A stretch of 64,000 nt of DNA. It comes from Squalus acanthias (taxonomy: Eukaryota). The notes under the pieces were generated by a model that searched no databases, was not told the DNA's origin, and saw only the letters and a list, made by a program, of their open reading frames with translations. Shown piece by piece: positions 1 through 10,811 of this stretch. The stretch covers positions 86,554,001 to 86,618,000 of the forward strand of contig CM059432.1 in the NCBI GenBank assembly GCA_030390025.1, given 5' to 3'. The translations under genes were made by a program, and so were the position numbers. Numbering within the stretch: position 1 is the first letter of the stretch; each line of letters opens with the position of its first letter.

Positions 1-1899
1 CAGAAAAGGAATCAATAGGTAGGTTACGTGAGAGCTTTATATGTAGAGGTTGAACAGAAGGCAAGTCCAAATCTACGGTAAGTAATCTAATGTTCTTCCT
101 CATTCATGCAATCTCTATATACAAAGTAGTACAAAAACTGGAGAAGGGACTCATAAATGTTGGGACCGGCTTACAGAGCTCTCTGAGTTGTCACATCACA
201 ACAACAGTACTTAGTGAAAACATCAGAGTCACTCTAACAGCTGCGTTACAGAAAGAATAGAGAAAAACCCTCCACATGCTGACCCAGAAAGAGCCTATGG
301 CATGGTAAGAATGGGATATAATGTTTCCAAGTGGTTTCTGGCCAACTAAGAAACAACACAAGGAGATAACTTTTACTAGCCTATTCATTTAACTCTATTT
401 AGTATGGTTTTCTTCCCATAGGAAACAAACAATTATCTTTGGTGTAAATATTCTTAGTTTTATTCATATAGAAATCTAAAACTCATCAATAAAGTGATGC
501 TTTCTTTAGGTAGAAGAAATGAGAGGCAGAAGATTCAGCACTGTAATTTCCTGTGATAAAATAAGTTAAAATACAAGTTTTAAGAAGAATGTCTTATGTT
601 GTCTTATCACTTTCTGATCGAGTGCCAAACAAAATAGTGAACCTACCTTACCAAACACATGAAGTTGACTAAACCTGCATGCCAAAATAATCTCAAGTAG
701 AAGAAACTTATGGTTGTAAGAAACCATAGAGCAGATTTTCTGATATAGCTGCAATTTACAACCTAATGGTTAGATAAGGTGCAGATTTGAACGCATGGAG
801 GGAGAAGACTAATGGTGGGAGTGGATTACTGCATGTAGGTGCAGGCATGACTCTGTAGGCAAATGACAATGCAGCCCAGCACCTGTCCCCATTTGGTGGC
901 TGTTGAAGTGGAGGCAATACTGCCTGAGATGGTTGTAAGAAAATTGGCCCTCCTCGCCACTCCACAACACTATCCCCATTGGTCAGCATTGCAGCAAAAA
1001 TATGTGACCAACTGGGTCCCTAGGAAATTTTTTTTTTTTTTTTAAATGTATTTGAAATCACCTGCATTGCCTAGCGCAATCAATTAGGCATACAGGCCCT
1101 TCATTTTATAATCCTCACTTCCTTAGCAATGCTGGATGGCAGGAATGCAATGGCAATCCTGACAGCCTGCATTGCTAAGGTGCGAATGATATGAAATATG
1201 CCGCATGACGCTTTCCTGTTGTTACCCTATAATTTGCATTCTGCTGCCCAAATATGGGCGGACTTATTCAATGTCCACTATCACATCAGGCAGAAAATCC
1301 CAGATGTGGCAGAAAATCCAAGTGGAACAGCTCCATGCCATAATTCCTGAAACAGGTGTAAATACAGAGGAAATTTTTCTCACAAAGATGGGTGGTATGC
1401 AGAAATAACTGCCTCTTGGTAATCTAGATATTGGGTTGTAATTAGGAAGTGTAAACAAAACAGACTTAAGGTTCAATGTTAGAAAGACTCCATTACGAAT
1501 ACATAGTTCTCACATTTCACCTCCCATCAGCATCCAGTGTTCACAAACAGTCTGTCCATAGTGGTATGCTTTTAGTATCTTTTACTTGTATCTGAACAAT
1601 TGGATTATCATAGCTGCATTTTAATTCTATGCATCAAAAACTGTCTGATGAATCTTGAGCCTTTTAGAGAGTTAGGCTAAAAACAAAATCCCTTACAGGA
1701 ACTTAGAAGCCTGTCCACTTTCTTTCTACCACCAGAATGCTTCAGGATTATACATCTAATATACATTCATCACCTAGCACAAAATAGCTTAACTCTACAT
1801 TTGTGTCCTCCAAGCAGCTACATTCATGGTACTTCATAGTACAGTTTTTCACTGGACTACTGCTATTAATCCGTTTTGCATATTTGTCCATGAAACACT

Positions 1900-2124
1900 G
1901 GGCTGGATTTTGATACTGGGGCGGGTTGGGGTCGTGTCATCCGCATTTCGTGTTATCCACCAGACTGCAATTGGATGTGGGAGATTGATACAATTTTCAC
2001 CTAATTGAGCAATTGAGTTCCAGCATGTGGGAACCCATGAACCAATTAGTGGTTTCAGTCTGAAAGTCGCCTCTGATGATGTCATCATTGCTGTTGCATT
2101 GAAGGTCAGAGACTGCCTGGCCTT

Positions 2125-2168
<44 letters not shown>

Positions 2169-2621
2169 TTTTTGCATCCACGTCCTCACAGCAAATGCCA
2201 GGCAGTCGCCGAAGACCTTCAATGCAGCACCATCAGAGGTGACTTTCAGACCTAATACTACTACCTTCATCACATCTCCGTTGTAATAGTGGACCTGTAG
2301 CTGATAGTCAGCTATCCAAATGTGCTCCCGCCAGGTTTCACAATCGTGGTTCAGAACAGGCGTGCTTCACGTAGATCAAGGGTTAAAATCACAAAGGCCT
2401 TTCAAAATGGCATTATAGAGTCAATTTAGTGCTTGTTGAGAGCCTTAACAGCCTATCCCGCCTCTTAAAGGCGGGATGGAGTCGGGACCAGCAGACACGA
2501 TTTAATGAAAATTGCGTGGAGACGGGATGGAGGCGGACTTGTGCCCGCCCGCCAGTTTTCGCAATTTTAACCCCCCACACGCCTCCAAACCCGCCTCCAC
2601 GGGTCAATGAAAATCCAGCCC
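1900..2621. mobile_element. PIF/Harbinger-type MITE (family A, copy 1)
   Basis: Terminal inverted repeats (TIRs) gggctggatttt ... aaaatccagccc, with a 3-bp TSD act/act. It has an internal (GA)n tract at about 2129-2164 and an inverted homologous copy at 40706-41394. Confidence 0.85.
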
Positions 2622-3499
2622 ACTCTCTTTCTCCCAGGAGATTGCTAGCAACAAGGCTGATGCACTGAAATAGTGGTCTCAAAAAGACAAAATATACTCT
2701 GTGGGTTCCATTTGCAATCTCCAGCCCCCAGCCCTGTCTCTCAGTATGGTGAACAATGGCTTCCACACAAGTGCACATCTTGAAGAAGCATGGTCCCATT
2801 GAGTGGGGACCCAAACATACACCTCTTGACAAATACATTGGCTCAAACTCTGAGCATTTTGCTTAGCCCTCCAGCTAGTCACAGGTCACTTCCATAACAA
2901 AGTGTAAAGAATCTGAGATACCTAAGAATTGTGACATACATAAAGAACAAAAATAATGATTCTTGCCTTCTCTACCTCAGTGTGACAGATATTGCATTAG
3001 TGTCATCAAAACCTCACAAACTTGCCAGCTTGATGCTAGCTATGGTGCAGAATTTCATAGTGGACACTTTCATCAGGGATGAGATCCAACCTCATAAATG
3101 GACTCTTTACTGAAAGTTGGGTCAGATCACAATCAACCAATGACTGAGGTTATTCAGAAGCAGATCTCTCAGCAACCTCTCAGAAGAAACAGCTGTCAAT
3201 ATTCTACTGTGGGAGTCAAAACAGTCGAGCTGTTTCCCTTGATAGTCTGCCAATTTGCTGGAACAGGAAGTTCTTTCACGCCTTCCCTCTTACATTCAAG
3301 ATCACACACAAGATCTGACTGAAATAAACCACATTCATTTTAATATCCCTTTACTAGCCAAGGGAAAGCTGGATTGCAGTTTTCTGACTTTAGGTATCAA
3401 TGAACCCTTTTACATCTCATATAGATGGAGATCCATGCATTGTACAGCAACACACAGAGCTTACAAATGATAGCCTGACTGTTGAATGGTTCATCTTAA

Positions 3500-4162
3500 C
3501 TTCGATCACACAAAATTTCGAAATTTGCAGATGACACAAAACTTGGAAGTGTAGTAAACGGTGAGGAAGATAGGAATAGACTTCAAGAAGATATAGACAG
3601 GCTGGTGGAATGGACGGACACATGGCAGATGAAATTCAGTGCAGGGAAGCGTGAGGTGATACATTCTTGTAGGAAGAATGGGGAAAGACCACACAAGTTA
3701 AATGGTACAATTTTAAAGGGGGTGCACGAACAGAGAGTCCTGCGGGTGCTTGTGCACAAGTCTTTGAAGGTGGCAGGACAGGTTAACAAAGCAGTTAATA
3801 AAGCAGATAATAAAGCAGATGGGTTCCTGGGCTTTATAAATAGAGGCATAGAGCACAAAAGCCAGGCAGTTATGCTAAACCTATATAAAGGACTAGCTTG
3901 GCCCCAGCTGGAGTATTGTGTCTGATTCTGGGCACCACACTTTAGGAAGGACATGAAGGCTTTGCAGAGGGTGCAGAAGAGGTTTACTAGAATGGTTCCA
4001 GGGATGAGGGATTACAGTTACGTGGATAGACTGAAGAAGCTGGGGTTATTCTCCATGGAGCAGAGAAGGCTAAGAGGAGAATTGATAGAGGTGTTTAAAA
4101 TCATGAAGGATTTAGATAGAGTAAATAAAGAGAAACTGTTTCTAATGGCTGAAGGGTTGAAG
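3500..4162 (+). mobile_element. CR1 LINE, decayed ORF2 C-terminal fragment
   Basis: Translates to SKFADDTKL..., WQMKFSAGK, QLEYCV and RVQKRFTRMVPG, typical of the CR1 RT C-terminus. Confidence 0.9.
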
Positions 4163-4592
4163 TACAATAGCAAAATACTGCGGATGCTGGAAATCTGAAA
4201 TAACAACAGAAAATGCTGGAAGCACTCAGCAGGCCAGGCAGCATCCGTGGAGAGAGAAGCAGAGTTTCAGGTCTGTGACCACTTCATCAGAACTGGAATA
4301 GGTTAGAGATGTAACAGGTTTTAAGCAGGTGCAGAGGCAGGGAAAGGAGGAGGGTAGGGGAGGAAGGAATTGAAGGAATAGTCTGTGCTAGGGTAAGAGG
4401 CAGGAGAGATTAAATGTTGCAAATGGGGATGGCAGAATCATCAACAGCTGCCGCCTGAAAAAATGGGGGCAGGGGTTATAGTCTGAAATTGTTGAAGTCA
4501 ATGTTGAGTCTAAAAGGCTGTAAAGTGCCTAAATAACAACAGAAAACGCTGGAAAAACTCAGCAGGCCAGGCAGCAACCGTGGAGAGAGAAA

Positions 4593-4628
4593 CAGAGTTA
4601 ACGTTTCAGGTCGAAGACCTTTCGTCAG
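4593..4628 (-). ncRNA. Minimal hammerhead ribozyme motif, intact core but 5' strand of stem I replaced
   Basis: The minus strand reads CTGACGA-A-AGGTC ttc GACCT-GAAAC-GTT-AACTCTG. It is in the same orientation as the stau2 pre-mRNA. Confidence 0.6.
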
Positions 4629-4668
4629 AGTTCTAATGAAAGGTCTTCGACCTGAAACGTTAACTCTG
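4626..4668 (+). ncRNA. Minimal type I hammerhead ribozyme motif, core mutated (CUAAUGA)
   Basis: CAGAGTT-CTAATGA-A-AGGTC ttc GACCT-GAAAC-GTT-AACTCTG. It has a 7-bp stem I, a 5-bp stem II and a loopless palindromic stem III. G5 is changed to A. Confidence 0.6.
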
Positions 4669-5104
4669 TTTCTCTCTCCACGGATGCTGCCGGACCTGCT
4701 GAGTTTTTCCAGCGTTTTCTGTTGTTATTTCGGATTTCCAGCATCCCTAGTATTTTGCTATTGTAAAGTGCCTAATCGAAAGATGAGGTGCTGTTCCTCA
4801 AGCTTACGTTGAGCTTCATTGGAACAGTGTAAGAGGCCGAGGACAGAGGTCAGAGTGGGAGTGGAGCGGAGAATTAAAGTGACAGGCGACCGGAAGCTCG
4901 GGGTCATCCTTACGGACTGAACAGGAGGTGTTCCGCAAAGCCCTGCCCCCATTTTTCAGGTGGCTGTTGATGATTCTGCCATCCCCATTTGCAACATTTA
5001 ATCTCTCCTGCCTCCTCCCTAGCACAGACTGTTCCTTCAGTTCCTTCCTCCCCTCCCCCTTTCCCTGCCTCTACTTAAAACCTGTTATATCTCTAACCTT
5101 TACC

Positions 5105-5143
5105 AGTTCTGACGAGAAGGGTCACAGACCTGAAACGTTAACT
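5105..5143 (+). ncRNA. Minimal hammerhead ribozyme motif in the Penelope terminal repeat
   Basis: AGTT-CTGACGA-gaa-GGGTC aca GACCT-GAAAC-GTT-AACT. Confidence 0.55.
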
Positions 5144-5277
5144 CTGTTTCTCTCTCTACGGATGCTGCCTGGCCTGCTGAGTGCTTCCAGCATTTTCTGT
5201 TGTTATTGCAAAAGGAAAAGTGTCTATTTCCTGGGGGATTGCACATTGAAAAGCACAGAAGAGCTGTCATAGACTAT

Positions 5278-5763
5278 GGGGGAGTTTAACCCCCCAAAAC
5301 GGGTGGATTTGGGTCAGTTGCGAAGTAAAAATGTAAAAAATCTCAAACTTGAACCCAACCCGCCCACTTCTGGTTTTAACGGCGGTGGGACTGGGGATGG
5401 GCGACCAACCCGGTCCCAGGAGGCCGGTCGCTCATTTGAATATTTTAATGAGACTGCGCGCCTCAGATTTTTTCTCTGTTCCTGCTTTAACGCTGGCGGC
5501 TGGGTTTCCTAGGCTTCGGGAAACCCAGCAGCTGGAGGGAGATGAGAACTGGTGCATGGAAAAGGTAAGTGCTTTTCCAGCATTGCTTGAGGGCCACGAG
5601 TGCATCCCGCCTGGCCCCCCAAGCGAACCTGTTAACCTCCCCACCCGCGATCCGATGCCCTCCCAATGTCCTCCATAGCTCATGATTTCCTCCCGGCTCC
5701 TGGGTTTCCCGACTGCAAAACTGCTCCCTGCTCCCTCCATGCCTCCCCATTAATATCGGGGCC
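5278..5763. mobile_element. Harbinger-type MITE
   Basis: TSD tat/tat, degenerate TIRs (ggggggagtttaa versus ttaatatcggggcc) and a GC-rich interior. Confidence 0.6.
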
Positions 5764-5853
5764 TATGTCTCTTAATGACCATAGGAGCTAGGCATTGTTT
5801 CATGATAAATTCACAAAATGGTTTAGCAAACACTTTTTCCATAAAGACACACT

Positions 5854-6691
5854 GGCCAAGAAATTGGGGAATGTTGGAAACCTGTCGGTATCATTGGCGG
5901 CCAAGGATAATGGCTGCCGGCCAAGAGAGCGCAGGCATTACTGACATTTTGGTACTGCCTGCTTATTATCATCAGCGTGGCGGTGATTTGCTAGTGCAAT
6001 ATGATCTTTGTAGCGCTAATCTCAGAAGGAGGCCAAAGGTCACCTCAGTCTCCCGCTCAGAGTGTAGGGGAGCGGGGAAGAAAGGAGCGACCCACAGTTG
6101 CCGTACGTGCTCCAAAGATATTAGCTGCCACCCGATGTTTGTCAATTTTTTGTTTGTTTATAACATGAATGCAGATAAAAGAGATCTTATCACAGATCAT
6201 CTTCAATCGTTGCAATGGAGTTCACCCAATGATTTACTGGCCCACAAACACAGTAGGCCTCCCGGAAAGCTGCCAAAAAATGCAACTCCCCCCGCCACAG
6301 ATGGGCAAAAAATGAAGTTTAAAAGAAGAACCTTGGCAAATGGAGCGTTTGAAGTTCTGGCGTCCATCCTCATAAGTCCTGCCAGACTCCTCATGGCCGT
6401 TAACGCTGCTGAAAGACCTTTTAGCGGCAGTAAATACTGGCGTGAATTAGCGGGGGCAGCAATGCGAGCAGAGAACTCCAAAATGGATGAGCTAGCGTCA
6501 ACTCGGCGTTGCACGTCGATTAACATCACGCTCCACTTCATTAAAATACTCTCGCCAATAGTAGGTTATGGCAGCACTGATGACCTGCCAAAAATGGAGG
6601 CCGCCACCAGCTGCCGGAAGAGCACTGGCCACCGTTTTTTCACCATTTCATGGTGCTAATGGGTGGTGGAAACCACCCGAATTTCTAGGCC
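5854..6691. mobile_element. Harbinger non-autonomous derivative (family B)
   Basis: TIRs ggccaagaaatt ... aatttctaggcc and TSD act/act. The TIR matches the element at 35908-39872, and about 6380-6620 is homologous (inverted) to about 43540-43780. Confidence 0.8.
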
Positions 6692-7084
6692 ACTCCTTTT
6701 AAAGGCCTAACAGAGTAGATTATTACAAAAATATGCTTTGGGCAGAGAGCTTCATCTACTGGGAATGCATCTTGAGAATTCGGGGATGCACTCCCCACAG
6801 TTGTAGATCCATTAAAATTAATGGAAAGAAAATATTGGGGTGTCTGTGCCCAAACTTCTGAGATGGATTCTTCAGGTGAATGAGGGGCTGCATCGGAGTG
6901 CAATTTTGTAAAATCAGCCCTAATGTTTCAAGCCCTGCTGGATAGCAGTATACTGTATGGTATCTTAAAGTTAAAAGAATAATAGATACACAAAAGTGAT
7001 TACCAGATAGCAACTATTTGAACAATGTTCAGTCACCAAAACCACCTATTTCCACTTCTGTACTATCACCTCTCTCAGTCTCTA

Positions 7085-7635
7085 CCTCACCCCCAACACC
7101 AATGAAAGTTTCTTGTCCGTCCCTCGCAACCTCCAGGCGCAAATTTTCTAACGATGACCCATGAGCTCCATTTTATACAAATTTCATCTAAAACTCTGCT
7201 GCCCACATCCTTTCACATACTAAATCCCGCTCACCCATCAGCCTTACTTATCTCCAGTGACTTCTCATCCCCCAGTGCATTGAGTTAAAGATCCTCATCT
7301 ACAAATCCCTACCTGGACTTGCTCCACCTTACATCTGCAATCTCATCTAGTCCCAGTCTGTTGATTCTGTCTGAAGTGTATTCCCCTGTGCCCTCTGTCC
7401 CATCATCAATGACGTAGTCTACAGCCATCACATTCCTGCAAGCTAGAATTTTCTTCCTAAACCCTCTGCTTCGTCACTTCTTTCCCTATCTTCAAAGTGC
7501 CTTCTCAAGTTCTTTCTCTTTAATCACACCTTTGCTCACCTTCTATCCCAATTGCTGTTTGGTGTCCAATTACCCCTTTCATAGAGCACTTTGGAACATT
7601 TTGCTGAGTTACAAGGGCTAGATAAGTGCAACTTT
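7085..7635 (+). mobile_element. L2 LINE 3' fragment (old)
   Basis: Similar to the other L2 tails in the window (aaactctgctgccc...cccgctcacccatca...cctaaacc). Confidence 0.65.
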
Positions 7636-8096
7636 CTGCAGTAAACTAGGGCCAGACTCAAAAAAGTAAAACAAATCAAAGATAAAATAAAATGTGAAGG
7701 AAAGGAGAATAAAACAGGAAATTTAATCTCACTAGACAGATGGTTAAGGTATCAAGCCAGAATCTCAACCTCACAAACACTAATAGAGGCCATGCAGACA
7801 AATGGGAGGAACAGGAAAATAACAAGAATATACCATGCCAAATAAATAGCTTTACTAATAAAGTACAGGAAAAAAGTAAGTTGTGCAAATGCTGTACTCA
7901 TTTGTACCTATACAACAACAATGCAATGAACATATTTCCATATGAATCATAAATTAATGTACTGATTGGTTGAAAATTCAAAAAGTGTATGCAAATTATA
8001 TATATTTAAAGTTTTTTTTTTAAGATAACTGCATCAATTAAGGTTTTTTTTTAGGGTCTCATAGACCCTGCCTCCCTAACTTAAAGGATTAAGATA

Positions 8097-8165
8097 CAAC
8101 AGTGTCAGAACTAAAAGAACAGCAGTGTCAGAACTAAAAACAGCAACAGTGTCAGAACTAAAAGA
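8097..8165 (+). repeat. Short tandem repeat, 3 copies of (aa)cagtgtcagaactaaaa
   Basis: Direct inspection shows three near-identical units of about 24 bp. Confidence 0.8.
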
Positions 8166-9959
8166 AAAAAAATGCAAATGTATAGAGACCTAATGAGAAG
8201 GAAATGCCAACAGAAATGAGGAATACAGGCTAAGGAAGAAAAAGGAGAAACCACATATGAAGGTTTGCAATGTGGCAAATAAATTGTCTATAGGGATACA
8301 AAGTGATCTCAATGACCAAAATATTGGATTTTCATATAGTTTCTGGAGGAAATGATTCCTAATTCTTCCCGGAATACATCCTCCTGAAAATTTCCTCATG
8401 GTGTAGCAATAATACTTTAAAATCTTGCATCAAAACAAATGCATATTATGTTATGCTTAATACTAATTATACTAATGCTTAATACTGTATTATACACGTT
8501 TATGTTGTGCTGTTACTTTCCTTTTCAAACCTGAAACCGTCTTGCTCCAGATGCCTTCTAAAGATAAAAAGGCAGACTGGAAAGCTCCTCCAAGCATGTG
8601 ATTCATAGCTACTCGGGTGGAGTGATTACCCTTCTAATTTTGATCACACCCTTTGCAGAAGTATGTAGCCTCTTTAGGCGCTTTTATATTGCATTGCTGG
8701 ATTTGGGACAGCAGGACCTTCTGCCTCCACGTTTCTCCACCAGGCAATGAGCAGAAGTGAACCTGGCAACAGCTTGAAAGACTCACAAAAAAGTGGGTTT
8801 CCGCTGCCACTGGAACAAGGCAATTTGAACAGTTTATAGTTTCCAACTGCAGCCAACGGCGAGAGAACCACGAGTTTGCTGTCAGCTGCAGATTTTAAAC
8901 ATAAAAGCACCTTGACTGATGATCCAGTTGAGACAGAAAACACACCATGTGTGAAATTGCAATGACTAACCCTTTAATAAATGACTACAAATGAAAACTG
9001 TTCTCACCGTTCTTAAATCACGTACCTGAGTTCGAACAGAATGTATTGTTCAGCTTTCTGTACACTGAGAAAGACATTACACTCCTTGAGGTTGAACAAG
9101 TTGTGCAGTACTCATGTGTTGTTAGACTTATACTGAATCTAACTAGAGTGTGCTTGATCATGATACTGGGTTAAAAAAAACCAGAAAAATGTTCCATTCC
9201 CATCACTAACTTGAATAAAATTGCTCACACCACTGCCCTCCATATCAATCAACATTTGCAAAACAAGCTGCTGGCTATTATTTTGCTAGGGTTTCTAACT
9301 GCAGAGATTTTAAATAATATTTAAAAGTATAAACAGTTGTCGGCTCTTCTCATTGATCAGCAACTTAAGACGGTGACTAATTGAGCCACACAGCCCAGGA
9401 AGGTCCTGAGTCTATGCTGAGTTAGCGTATCTCAAATGGGCCGGAGGTTGGGGTGCTACAATTGGCCTCAGTACCCCGGGTTAGGAAGGATGTAGAAAAT
9501 TTAAAAATTTTTAAGAATTATGCTCAGCTTTTATGCACCCCACTTGGGAAAAACACCGAGACGGGGGTGGGGTGGGGTGAGAGTGATGACTATGGAATTA
9601 TATCTCAAGAGGAGGAGAGGCGGGAAGAACATTTGTGTGAGAAATGTATAAATTGATTGAAACAGTGATGTTCATTGTTACCCAGGTGAGTTGTGATATT
9701 AAATTCTGCTGGAATTGAAGTTTTTCCTGAGGCAACTATGAGATAATCTTAAAGAGTGAATGGCATTAGCAATCTTCCTACAATTCAAGTAATACATATT
9801 AAACAATTGATACCGAGCAACAATTACAAAGTAGCAATCTTATCAATCAAGCTGACATCCCAAACCGCAAGGTTAAATTTCTGTTGCCTTGAAGTCACTC
9901 CAAGGTATTTTTTTCAAAAGGATAATATACAAAGCTAGTTTTACGATTTTGAGTCACTT

Positions 9960-10345
9960 TCCTCACTTCTCTTTTTTGAAAGTCGTGGCTCCTGCTGGGG
10001 TATGGTTCAATAGGTGGCAACAGCCTCCTGTATGTTGCACAAGGGGCTATTCTTTGTGTGTGAATTTACAATGGTGAACGTCGGTAGGTTATTTGCGCTA
10101 TTTGGGTATCACAACCGAGCTTGATCTTATGCTCATGCAACGACCACGCATGCACCCTTTCCAGCTGAGATAGCACTAAGAAATTGGAATCCTGCCTAAC
10201 TTTTTTTCTTTCCCTATCTGAGCGGCACTGAAGCCAATTAAAATTTCCTTATAATTATCCCTGTTGAGGTCAGCTAACTCAGCACAGACCAGAGGTCAAT
10301 TCTGTTCTGCATGCCTCACAATATGTGTTGCGTTTATCCACTGAG
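9960..10345 (-). mobile_element. Old SINE-like repeat, family not identified
   Basis: Shares the core gtctgtgctgagttagctga...caattggcctcag...cctgctggaaa with copies at about 9370-9490(+), 30790-31075(-), 53600-53890(+) and 54850-54995(+). Confidence 0.55.
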
Positions 10346-10811
10346 CCCTCAGGGGGACTTTAGATCACTTATTTTTATTCACAGCTCCAGTTAGCAGCGT
10401 TTATGATTATTGATAAATTCACAAGATTAAAGAGCATTGACATTATATAAAAATAATTTGCAGTTCATTTCCCTATAAACTATACATATAAAATATAAAT
10501 TAGCAACTTTAACATTCATTTCTGTTTCTTGATATTTTCATTTAAACAGTTAGCATCGATGAGATCATCAGACTGAATGTTCTGGACTAGATACTGAGCC
10601 CAACAGAGTGAGATGGAAGAATTATAAAAACACAAAAAAATGACATGATTTCTAAAGCATCCTGGGTTAATGATTGTATCTCTACTAATCTTAAATCATC
10701 TCCCTTATAGTGTAATACTCAGTAACTTCCATTGATGATGCCCTGATCACTTTATAGTGATCCCTGCTGGAAAATGTGGACATCAGATGAAGACACGATC
10801 GGGTTTCATAG

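Larger units (their letters stand above)
4533..4761. mobile_element. Short palindromic non-autonomous Penelope-derived element with two hammerhead motifs
   Basis: An inverted repeat with arms of about 100 bp is centred near 4630. It is flanked by a 14-bp TSD tgtaaagtgcctaa (4519-4532 and 4762-4775). Confidence 0.85.
4166..5208 (-). mobile_element. Penelope-like element 3' portion with an inverted (fold-back) terminal repeat
   Basis: The minus strand encodes a GIY-YIG endonuclease C-terminus (FAEHL..VRKDDPELPVACHFNS..LGLLHCSNEAQRKLEEQHLIFRLGTLQ). Positions 4941-5208 are the reverse complement of about 4200-4475. Confidence 0.85.

Noticed and set aside
60..100. DIRS-like terminal motif or plus-strand splice donor (acggtaagtaat)
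   Set aside because: It is an isolated short motif with no supporting ORF or partner repeat.
5775..6659. 294-aa ORF on the plus strand
   Set aside because: It lies almost wholly within a GC-rich Harbinger derivative (5854-6691) and has no recognisable domain, so it is probably a chance ORF.
8053..8092. piggyBac-like terminus (agggtctcatagaccct...aaaggattaa)
   Set aside because: No matching opposite end or transposase was found, so the evidence is too weak.
8097..8165. CRISPR-like direct repeats
   Set aside because: The context is eukaryotic, the spacers are only a few bases, and there are no cas genes. It is a simple tandem duplication.
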